NCBI GenBank assembly: GCA_043228905.1
Contig: JBHGNT010000005.1
Location: 930,001 to 994,000 of the forward strand
Source: Azolla caroliniana
Lineage: Eukaryota > Plantae > Polypodiophyta
Direction of reading: 5' to 3'
Length of the DNA stretch: 64,000 nucleotides
Every line of letters starts with the position of its first letter. Position 1 is the first letter of the stretch. The notes beneath the pieces are model-generated. The model did no database searches. It was given only the letters and a program-made list of their open reading frames with translations, and had not been told where the DNA came from. A program made the position numbers and the translations under genes. This document shows positions 20,383 through 31,702 of this stretch, one piece after another.

Positions 20383-20537
20383 ATACTTTCTCGCTTACAC
20401 TGTTAAATACATCGAATCCTTCCGGTCTAGGACCCCGGTGGTCCCGCTTCATTTCACGAATAGGCGAGGATTTCCTCGACATCCTACTTGGTGAACCCGA
20501 CGTGAAAGAGGCAGTAGGGAGGATCTCAAGTACAACG

Positions 20538-23059
20538 ATGGCTTCGACAAGCGGAACTCAAGGAGAGGAATTAACGAAAGGTATGGTGTTAGTAGGGGAA
20601 TACATGTTGAAGGTGAGAGATCGAGAAGCTTTAATCGACAAAACTGTTGATCGTACGGTCAAGATAGCTGGACGATTTTGTGGCAAGAACATCACAGATT
20701 TCCTTGCTATCTATCAGAACGAGATGTAGCAGAGGGATGTCAACAATCTCAAACAAATTTCTAGCTTCAAACGTGTGGTGGAACCAGGGATCCACGAGCG
20801 TGTCATGGAGATCCAAAACGAGCATACAACTTGGGTGGAGTTCGAAAAGACGCTTCTCGCTGAATACATGCTTGAAGACGCGTCACGGATGACTCGACAT
20901 ACGCTAATGACGTGGATCGAGAAGAAAGGGAAGAATATGTGTGCATCTAGAGTATTATGCCGAATTCGACCAGAAGTACTATCGACTTCCGAGTGTTGAT
21001 CAACGAGTTCTCGATGGAGATAAAGTCCTACTATTCCTAAAGGCAGTGGATGCGAAAGATCAACGAGAATTGGGCAACCTTTTGGAGGACGAAACACAAC
21101 CAAATGGTTTGGTAGCAAACTGGGCGGCAATGAAGAAAGCTTGTAGCCGTCTTGATAAGCGTCGACAATGGCAAGAGGAAACTGATATGGAGAATCCACA
21201 ATCGTGGAGGAGGAAGGCGCCTATGACAATCTAGCCTAGCAAGCCGATCGACAATTTCGACAAGAAAGCAATGGCAGAATCCATAATCGAAGAGCTCTCC
21301 AAGAAGTTTGAAGCGGTATTGTTGGCCAACTTAGGTCGGCGCAGGCCCAAGGGAAAAGAAGCGTATAGATGTGTGTGGCGCAACAGCTTCAACCACTCGC
21401 GAAAGGAGTGCACTGACTTGCAAGACGCGATTCGCAATAACGTCGTCTATTTGGACGGCAACATGATTCATTCGAGCAAGACCCCGAAGCCACTACGAGT
21501 GAACTTCGGAAGAGGCGGGCTGAAAAAGATCGTGGAAGAGGAAGATGCAAGGCATGTAGAAGCCATGCATTATGCCGCATCGGCCGGGATACGAGTTGGA
21601 AGAGAGAATCTAAAGACAATCAAGCCAATAGTTGGGTTTTGGCCAACAGTATTTGAGTGCGAAAAGAAAGGCGAAATCGATTTGAAGGATCTACAACTTG
21701 CTGATCGGAATGTGCGACGAGTTACCGGATGGTCAGATCCAGTCGACGATAACATGAGCTTTGCGGAGGTTGTGTGTGAAAACTATGAAGCTCTTGTCAA
21801 AGAGAAGAGGAAAAGAACCGGTGAAGAAGATGGCACATCAAAGCGTCACAATACGAGGAATGCAGGGAAAGAAGGACAAGCCCAACCTACGCCACAAAAA
21901 GAGATAGGAGAAACAAGCATGAAGCCCGGTGGATCGAGCCAACCTTCTCGGATAGAAGTCGATGAATCTGTGAAGAAAGGAAAAGAACGAGCGGCGCTGA
22001 CTTACAAGCTAAGGTCGGACATAGAACAAACAACCGACTTGCGGAAGGTCCTTGAGTAGAAGGTTTTAGGCAGTCATGTCGACCTTACTTTGAGAGAGCT
22101 ACTTGGGATCGCTAAGAAGGAGTTCCACGATACTATCATGGACTTGATTAAGCAGATGAAGAGGAGGTGAAAACAAGTGCCATAACTATGGCAAGATCGG
22201 AAGAGGAGAAAGAAGAAGAAGTGATGGCGGACAACTATTACTCTCGGCCTCATTGGGCACGAGCGACAACAGAGACGCCGGTGAAGATCGGGGAGAAGAA
22301 AGAGACCGTGGTAGCTTTGATTGACCATGGTTTAGAGATTAACCTCATGTCGACTGAGGTCTACAAAACGGGAAGATGGCCGATTAATACAAACCACGGA
22401 TGGAAGATTCGAGCGGCAACGAAGGCCACGGAGGACTTGTATGGAGCTTGTCCCAATGTTAAAGTCACGATTGGGGATGTGGAGATGGATCAACACTTCT
22501 TTGTGCAAGAATCGGCTTCGCATCCTGTCATCTTGGGTCAACCGTATATCACATCACCCCAGATGGAGACCAAGGTGTTCGATAATGGAGCAGCCTTCAC
22601 ACGAATCAAGAGTCTTGACAATCAAAGATCTATTCAATTCCTAACAGTGCGAGCTAATCATGAAAGAAATCAAGATAGTTTTGGAGGCGAATCCCCAGAT
22701 CTTTAGAGCGGACTATTGAAGCATGGGGCACAAACAGTCCGAGTGATCGCAAGTCACCACAAGGGAGTAGAGCGTGTGGATTGCGAGGAGAAGCAACATG
22801 TGTCACACCTAGTGGCGCATGTAAACTAGTACTACCCGACAAGAAGGACAAGCGTCGGATACAAGACTTCGAGAAGATGCTGAAAGAAGAAAACATAATA
22901 GAAAAAGAAGAGTTCATGACTCCTATTATGGAAGAAGCCTCATTTAATGACACCATCGGCGAAATCGAGGATGTCGTGGACTTGAGTTATCTACACGATC
23001 ATCACGTGATTTCGGTTAGCTCCATCAACATGTACGCTATCATCGATGAATATCATTGA
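20538..23059 (+). pseudogene. gag-pol: Trp-B gag and aspartic protease, multiple stops and frameshifts
   Basis: Fragments 20538-20729, 20775-21234, 21271-22059 (degenerate knuckle CVWRNSFNHSRKEC) and 22167-22706 (LIDHGLEINL...ILGQPY). Confidence 0.75.
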
Positions 23060-23169
23060 AACATCTTGATGAAGGAAGCTGACATCAACACAAAATATCA
23101 ACTAGATGAGTTGTTAAACGAGTAAGTTCAGCCAAAATCGGAGTCATTTGGTTGGACCAACCAAAGCAT

Positions 23170-23832
23170 ATAGAACTTGTTCTGAGCTTAGGTTCCATTT
23201 CATCACCAGGTCAAATGCGAACAAGGTTGTAAGGTCCTCATAAGTCTAGCCTTGTGAAGTATTTGGCCCCACTGAGACGTTTTAAGAGATTTGGAATCAA
23301 TGGCAGAGCATATCGATTTCGGACCATAACCTTGTCCAAGCCTCGATAATCTACGACCATACGTAAAGAGCCATCGTTCTTCTTAATGAAAAAAATAGGA
23401 GCAATAGCAGGTGATCGAGAATGTCGAATAAAGCCATTCGCAAGATTCTCATCAATATATTCTCAAAGAACTTTCAATTATGATGGCGAAAGGTTATAAA
23501 TTGGTCCCCATGGTGGTTCCTTCTCGAAATGCAAATCAATGGGACAATCATATAGCCGATGATCAGGAAGTGTATTGGCCTTTACCTTATCAAACACATC
23601 GGAGAATTCTTGATACTTAGATGGCAAATGGACGTCAGAATCTTGTGGGTTTGAAAATGGTTTTATGACCACTATAAACAATAACATGTCTTCTACTCTA
23701 GCTTCTTCACGTAATCTTTGGAGAGAGATAGTTGATATATGTCTTGGTGTTAGCTTTGAGGTTGATGTGGTGATGAGCCTTGAATTGTTGTTGTCTCGTG
23801 AGTCTATGATTTCACGCTTCTTCCAATCAATC
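23170..23832 (-). pseudogene. pol: Tcn1-like chromovirus fragment, protease end to RT N-terminus
   Basis: IDWKKR...YQEFSDVFDK...PPWGPIYNLS...GFIRHSRSP...[17 protein letters not shown]...AKYFTRLDL, with stops. Confidence 0.75.
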
Positions 23833-23835
23833 TTC

Positions 23836-24337
23836 TACACTTGACGACCCTAAGTTTAAAGTTGGTGATTGGGTGTGGTTATTACAACGTACTGTGAAAA
23901 CTACTAGGCCATGTGACAAATTGGATTTCCAACGTCTAGGTCCATTTGTAATCTCTCATGAAGTCAACGAGGTTGCATTTCATCTAGACTTGCCTTCACA
24001 TATGCGTCCTCATCCAATGTTTCATGTTTCACTGTTAGAACCATGGACATCAAGTTCTATCCCAAATCGGGTTGTTCCACCACCACCTCCACTTCAACTT
24101 GCGGAAGGACCAGAATATGAAGTAGAAGCTATTTTGGACTCCAAGGTCATATGCAATAAGTTATATTATTTGGTAGATTGGCTTGGATACACACCTAAGG
24201 ATCGAACATGGGAACCCGTAGCAAATGTCACTAATGCCTCTGAACTTATACAGGAGTTTCATCGTCGTTATCCCCATAAACCAAAACCTAGTTCATGCAT
24301 TGTGACTCATGGAACTCGTCGTCAAAGGAGGGGATGA
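23836..24337 (+). pseudogene. pol: Tcn1-like chromovirus integrase C-terminus and chromodomain
   Basis: FKVGDWVWL...KLDFQRLGPF...HPMFHVSLLEP...EYEVEAILDS...YYLVDWLGY...TWEP; PPT AAAGGAGGGGA at about 24324-24334. Confidence 0.85.
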
Positions 24338-24757
24338 TGTCACAAAATGTCAATATAAAGATTTGAAGTTGTAACCTATAGACAAGGGTCTCACACTCTA
24401 ACCAATACACCAACTAACTTTAAATAATAAATATGTTTTCATATTGTTATTATTCAAGTATTATGGGCACAAGACACAATAGATGATTGCCAAATGGCAT
24501 GCATGGATGTACGCCAAGTAGCACACAACATGTATGCCAAATGGCGATCATGCACAATCCTACGTACACTATATAAGTGGAAGATCTGCTTAGTGTTGAA
24601 CCTTGTAATATTGGTTCAACACCAGTCTTTAGCAACCTTGTAATATTGGTTTCCAACAATAGAAATTCTTGTCTTCTTGTCTTGTAAGTTTCTTCTCGTT
24701 TGTTATTATCTTCTTTTCTTCCAAATCAACATCATATTCGAAGCTTGGGTCCTAACA
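24338..24757 (+). repeat. Probable 3' LTR of the Tcn1-like element
   Basis: TGTCA directly after the PPT; CTATATAAG at about 24569; candidate end CCTAACA; no partner LTR in the window. Confidence 0.45.
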
Positions 24758-27104
24758 ATGGGATGTTTTTAATTTAACAGTTTATTTTTAACCTTGTGCC
24801 TAAACTCAATAACCTTTTCTATGCAATATGATCTTTCCTTGTTGCTGAATAAGCACACTCAATGGGAAGTGATCCACTCTCCAAAGTTAGGAGCATCTAT
24901 AAAATTATTTTGATTTAAAGAAACCTCTTAAAAAAATACTTTTCAATATTTTCAAACTCTTTCTACATGAACTTCATGATGCTACCACACTATACTTGAA
25001 CCCCATACAAAAGCATCAATGTCATCCAAGTGCCAAAGAGGTATATATTAACCCAACACTCACTTCTCTTCAATGCATAGCAAGGTGTCTTTGTTACTTC
25101 CAAATGTTAACACATTCATTATATCCATGATGAGAGGGACCATTAACCCCAATATATTTAAAACTTCTAGTGTTTCAAGTGTCTTACTACTCAACACGAT
25201 ACCATATGGAGGTCCCATTTGCCATGGGCCACAACTCCCATGGCTTGATCAACATATAGTACACATAGTCCAAAGCATCAACTAAGGTGATCTTGTTAGG
25301 TGGTCCATTCATTCACTACCTTCTTATGGATATTATGCAAAGTAATGTTCTTACAATCAAAAATTTCCTTTGCATGCAACAACCATAAAAAACAAGTGGA
25401 CCATTTGTGTAGAGTGCTTCGTGCAATCAATGAAACTTCACGTTGTGCATTACTCATTCACATACATAGTTGGAAAACCTAAACATAGAACATGATGTGG
25501 TCTTATAGCAACATTAAAGGTCATACTACATCACATCATTTTAGAGATGTGGCTTGAACCATTTCATAATATCTAATTTCCATTTTCGAGCCGAACTATA
25601 AAAACTAGACATACAAAGTTTAATAAGATTGTTAAAACAATAGTAAAATATTATATGAAACTATTGTAGTATTGTTTAGTGTTACCAATAGTTTTATGTA
25701 CAATCTTTTACATATAAGACATACAAAGTTAGATTGGGCCATTCAATGACACTAAAACTTTGTATGTCTAGTTATATATTATGTGTGTGTGTGTGTGTAG
25801 GCAAAATGTCATTATGGAGATTAGAAGTAGATTCAACATTTTAGATACTCATTTGTGAGTGTCATTTAATGGCTCAAAAAATCTTGATATGCAATGGGAT
25901 TGTGTTTGAAATTTGGAAAGCTGGAAATGATGGAAGGGCTAATTAGATATTTTTGGAATCCCATTGATATGTGCCATGGTAAAATATGTTGAAATATTGT
26001 TAGAGATTTGATCAATATAATTTTTGAAAAAACGATCACATGTTTGGCAAACTATCGTGGAACCTTTGATCGACTAACAAGGGTGATGACTATTAAAAAA
26101 CAATACTACCAAAGGGCATCTCATCTCTTAAACATTTAAACTTGCATCATCACAAATGCACCACATGAACGAAAGGAGTCAATAAATTTAATTAATAACT
26201 ATGAAGTGTGATTGACTTTGCTACTATTATTCTCAATTTCTATTAGATATCATCATGAGTCTTGACATCTTATTATCGATGTAAGTAATCTTTTTGTATT
26301 ATTTACCGCACTAGCATGTGTAAAACATTTTATGTCCATTTCACATCATTAATCATTTTGGTTTCATCTTGAAAGAATTCAGTTGATCTCCCCTAACTTG
26401 CAATTGTACATTCTCAAATATAATGGAAACACATCCACAAAACCAAAAACTTACTATTGACATGTGTTAGGTATATTGATAATAACAACTCTAATATTAT
26501 GTAGGGCCCACGAGGTCATCATCTCAGAAATCACTCCTAGATATTATACAAGCAATTTTTCATCTACAACATTTTTGAGTTAAAATCATTTGTGACATGT
26601 ATTGTTGTAAATAGTTCTCTCCGACATATACTTTCTGCTTTATTTCTAACCAAGCTCATTAAAGAGTAGTCGTACCTAACTAGTTTTTTTTTTGTGTTAG
26701 ACCATCATAATATGTTTTTATTGTCTTTTTTATTCCTTTTACTTTAGATCTTTGTCTTTCCTCAATTGGACTCTCTTTTGTTTAAGGTGTCACACTCATG
26801 GAGACGTGGATGTTTCTAAGGTTATGTAGTGTAAGTTAAGATATTATGGTAAGATTGAGAGAGTATTATTTTGTGAAGTATATTATTATGTACTTCTAGA
26901 GTTTTGACACTTGTGAGATTGTGGAGTCCTATGAGGTTGCTGTATAATTCATTTATTATATACTTGTAAGATATAATGGAGTCCCTCTTCCAATAGTTGG
27001 TGTCAATTCATTATATGGTTAATTTATTTTTTTGTCATTGTCTCGTGACTCTGCCTTGTTCTCTTGTTTCCTATATGTTCCTCTCGCTTGTGTATTGTGT
27101 TTAA

Positions 27105-27335
27105 GTTACATACAAAACCTTAATATATTATTTAGAGGGCAAATTCTAATGTTTTTAAAAGGTATATCAAGAATGAGGCAAACTAACACAAGGTCATGAC
27201 ACAAGCAAGTGATGCGGTGAGTTGGGGACCTTTTATACTTATACCTTAGGTCATCAACTCACCGCCTACACTTGCCATGTGTCATGACCATTAGAATTTC
27301 CCCCCCAAATAATATATTAAGGTTTTGCATGTAAC
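27105..27335. repeat. Fold-back, MITE-like inverted repeat
   Basis: Outer arms 27105-27151 and 27289-27335, and inner arms 27192-27231 and 27249-27289, are imperfect reverse complements. Confidence 0.75.
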
Positions 27336-28460
27336 AGCCTAGGCCCTCACCTCCTCCATTAGAATCCTCTTAAGTGAAGTCACTTGATCTTTTCTGTCCA
27401 ATTTCTCACCCTCTCAATCTACTTGACCTCTCTTCTTTCCTTCCTCTTGTCCGCTCACCCATTAACTGATCAATACCTATGGTCATTGCCTTGCACACAC
27501 TCACCCTACCTTCACTCATCCTCTCATGTGATCCCTCTCTCATCTTCTCATCCCCACATATACTTGATATCAACAAGGGGAAAACTCCCCTTTATACATT
27601 ACAAATGTATAATCCATGAACTATCCATGCAAACTCTTAAGACTTTGCAACCATGCAAGTGCGAGGACTCTACAACCTAACAATAGACTTTAATACATTA
27701 AAAACTATCAACCGTACACTACAATATAACCTTTCCATTTCACAAATATAACATAACAATAATTCAATCCCCAAACATGATATATTGTGTTTTCTTCATG
27801 TCCTTTTCATGTTATTTCCTTTTTCTTCATGTGCCCTCCCCCATCACTCAAGTACCCACTTTAATTTGACATATCATTTTCTCAAGTCATATGAGGTAAC
27901 CTTCTCCATTTTTTTCTTTTTTTTGTTAGATTTACTTTAGGTCTTTGTTTCCTTGCATTATTGAGTGCTTTCTTTATGTCCCTTTTATGTTATTTTCTTT
28001 TTCTTTGAGGCGTTTCCTTTGTTTTTCTTTTTAGTTTTTAGTTGGCTTAATTCTTTTTTTACTTACTCTTTAGCAAATGTGACCCGTTAAACTTTCATGT
28101 TTTCTCACGAGGGTTAGCCAAAGTTCACAAAAATAAATTATATGAGGAGAGTTATAATTGGATCACTTGATTAATCCAAGAAATAAAAGGATGGCCTAAA
28201 TTGTAAAAAAGGGATTTCAATTTCAATGACTAGGAAAATGGTTTGGGCAAGTCATGCTATGATTTGGTTTGTTCATTGAACTTGGTCGTGGTTATTTTCA
28301 TCCATCAAAGTATACATACATGCAAACTCCATGCATTTTGAAAATATGGTCTTCACATTTGCATGGCTCTTGGATATCTTATGTGCTCGGGCATGGCATG
28401 TGTTAATTTACTTCTTAACACATGAGCTAAAATCTTTTAATAAAATCTCTTGATTATTTT

Positions 28461-28918
28461 TGTTAGAGCTAGATCCTAATGTAAGCAGGAGATAAGGATA
28501 TACTAGATAGAAAAATAAAAGACGAGAGAGAAAAAGAAGGGTGTTGATCCACCCGGCCACCCCAAAGCGTAGGGATCAAGACGGACTCGAGCCTCGATCG
28601 ACGTCCTATACCATTGTTGTGGCATCGTGTCGTACCTGGTACTGGCACGCTCGCTACAAGAGTTGATCCACCACAAGGACAGAATCTCAACGTAGTCGAT
28701 AATCTGTCAAATGAGGGTAGTTAGGCCTCATATTTATAGCAAGACCTAAGGCCCCCGGGAAATTTCACACTTGGCCTTAATGGGTTGTCTCAATCCCAAG
28801 TATTAAAAGGAATCATTCCCTTCTTTACACTCTCGTTTAACCCTCACACTTCATCCACATGTATAGAATACTACGGTATAACCTTACCATGGGATATTAT
28901 ATGGTCATGCCCATAACA
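28461..28918 (-). mobile_element. Solo LTR related to the Gypsy E LTR
   Basis: TGTTA...TAACA; TSD ATTTT at 28456-28460 and 28919-28923; shares GAGGGTAG-TA-GCCTCATATTTATA with the LTR at 31222. Confidence 0.85.
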
Positions 28919-31702
28919 ATTTTCCATACATCATCATATCTTGGTTCTAACCTTATGATCCTATCTTTACATCTTCTCTACAATGGAGCAAGTACACCTT
29001 ATTTTAATTAGCATACCCTAGTGGTAAGTTATTTGATTGTTAGCCCTAGGTCTTGGCTTTCAAACCCAATTTCCTTACCGCAATTACTCCTGTTGAGAAT
29101 CAAACTCAACTTCCCGTGAGTGGGAACACACTCTAGGATACTCAAGTGTGTGAACACCCCACGTCCTTGTATAGTAACTAGTGTGTAGTTAATGTCCTAT
29201 GACACATATTCTTTAAGTAGTTAAGACACGACCTCTTTCCCAAGAGGCGGTACTAATGAGAGAACTTAGAGAGAAGGTGACTACATAAGGACCTTCTCCC
29301 TCTCTTTGTAGTGGTTGGTCATTCTTGCTTCCTTGTAATACAATTTTTCTGATTTTCTGTAATCATGAGCTCTCTCTCTCTCCCTACACACACACACACA
29401 ATTCTTCCGTTGCACAGAATCCATCTGATTCTTTACATGGTATCAGAGCGCATGGTTGCCCATCGCCCCTGCATGTGTTGTGCCCGATTTTGCATTCGAC
29501 AAGAACCTATTGATCGTTGCAGCAACCATATGCACAGTTTGCATCAAGAAGAAGAAGAAGCTCAACATGAACACACAGATGGGAAGCGCTCTTCCTACCG
29601 AAAAGCTCGACAGAAACAACTTTGCATCTTGAGAGTACAAGATGCACCAATACCTTGTTGGCCAAGGCTATTGGAGTTATGTCGAAGGGGCAAATGAGAA
29701 TCAACCCAACCCAACACATGCGGACTACCTAGCTTGGGAGCAAGCGTCGATTCATGTGTTCTATTGCCTTGCATCATGCATCCATGATCACATGCTCAAC
29801 TAAATTTGAGAGGCCAAAACGCCAAAGGAGGCGTGGGGGAACCCCGAGAATATTTTCGTGGCCAACATGACCGCAAGAAAGCTTCAACTCCATCAAGAGT
29901 TGAACGGTATACAACATAGGGACATGTTAATCGGCAGCTACACCTTGAAGATCAAGGTGTTGTGTGATGCCCTTGGGTCGATCAATGTTAGCATTGATGG
30001 AGGCTTAGCACCTCCATTCGGTTGGTTGTTCTCGCGAGGGAGAATCCTCCCTCCTTCTTCGATCTCCAATCAATGCTGCTGGTCGAGGGGAATCATGTCC
30101 GAACAAGAAGCAATGTGCAAGAAGGACAAATGCTCTATTCAAACTTCGATGGAGGAAGAGGACAAGCTTGGGGAAGAAGAGGCTGATTCGGTCAAGGTTG
30201 ACACAACCAAGAGCAACCCCGAGAACACAACTTCTATTACTGACAAGATGTCTCGAATGTGCGAGGCAGAGCGTCTGAATGAAGGGGGAGCAATCAGGTC
30301 GGACTCAACCAACAATACAATCTCGCTCAATGCGGATACTGTGGTAAATTCGGCCACCATGAGGTGGGGTGTGTCGGAAAAAGAAGAGTGAGTCGGCCTC
30401 CACAAGCCGACAACTCACAAACTACGCCTCCAACTCCGCCTCCAACTCCGACTACGACAATCGTGGGGGAATGTTTGTGATGAGGCACAGAGCGCACTCG
30501 ATTACAGCCTCAAACCCGACCAACACCTCCAAACCAGAAGATGTATGGTTTGTCGACTCGAGTGCATCGAACCACATGACATCCCACGAGGATTTGTTCA
30601 AGGAGCTATGGAAGCCCGAACGACCCGGCTATGTGGAAACTAGGGATGACACAATTCACCTCATTCAACATATCGGCAATGTCCCATTTGGGGAAGAAGG
30701 CAACCAAACATACATCAAAGAACATTCTGCATGTTCCTACAATAACAAAGAACTTGGTCTCAGTTGGCCAGATAGTCAAACAAGGCATGCAAGTCCGCTT
30801 CAACGATGTAGATTGCTTCATTCAAGAAGAAGGCCGACTTGTCGCTCGCGGCCGGAGAGAAGGTTAGATGTTCATCCTTGACTCTCACGAGATAAACTCA
30901 ACAATGTATGGCAAGGGCTAGAGAGTTGATGCTGACATAGAGCTATGGCACAAGAGGATAAGCCACATCAATCTCCAAAAGCTCAAGGGAATACAATCGA
31001 AAAGAGTTGTCATCGGACTCCCGACTTTCACCAAAAAGGAAATTGCAAGCGTGTGCGAAGCTTGTCAATTTGGCAAACAACATTGACAACCGTTCCCAAA
31101 GGAGAGGAACACAAGGAAAGGGATCCTGGATGTAATACATTCGGATTTATGGGGACCAGCCCAAACGACAACATTTGGTGGTTGTCGGTACTTCGTAACG
31201 TTCATCGACGACTTCTCCAGATGTTAAGAGTCTATTACTAATCAATAGACCAAATCAAGTAAAAAGGAAGAAAATAGATTGGATAGAAGAACCCGTTCCA
31301 CCCGACCACCCCCGAGCTATGATCTAGACATAGCCAACCTACCACCGACGTCCCATACCGCCGGATATTAGGATGACTAATACCTTGGAAGAGATAAACA
31401 CGATCGTCGAGACGAAAGCCTAGCCCGCACCACCGGTGTCTACGACAGCAGCCTTCCGACGTGATGATCCTTATGAGGGTAGCTAAGCCTCATATTTATA
31501 CCTTTTCCTAGGCCCCTTGAATAGATGTGCCTTTCTAAAAGGCTCTCTATTCATTGGTTGTCTAAATCATGATAGTGCATGCACATATCATTCATTCTAT
31601 CCAATCATTAGTCCCCTTTTTAATAATAGTGAACATACCCTTCACTAATGTAAATATTAGTGACCTACCCTCACCAACGTTATGTGTACATAACATACTC
31701 CC

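Larger units (their letters stand above)
16230..23100 (+). mobile_element. Trp-family Gypsy Trp-B, 3'-truncated; 5' LTR 16230-16787 plus 20388-20481, PBS 20489-20506
   Basis: Starts TGTCATGAAGA after ACGT; ends CTCGACA; PBS TGGTGAACCCGACGTGAA; family motif GACCCCGGTGGTCCCGC at 20431; right end approximate. Confidence 0.8.

Noticed and set aside
24760-27000. Possible host exons or decayed DNA-transposase remnant
   Set aside because: Only short stop-rich frames with no motif I can name; needs a tBLASTn or HMM search
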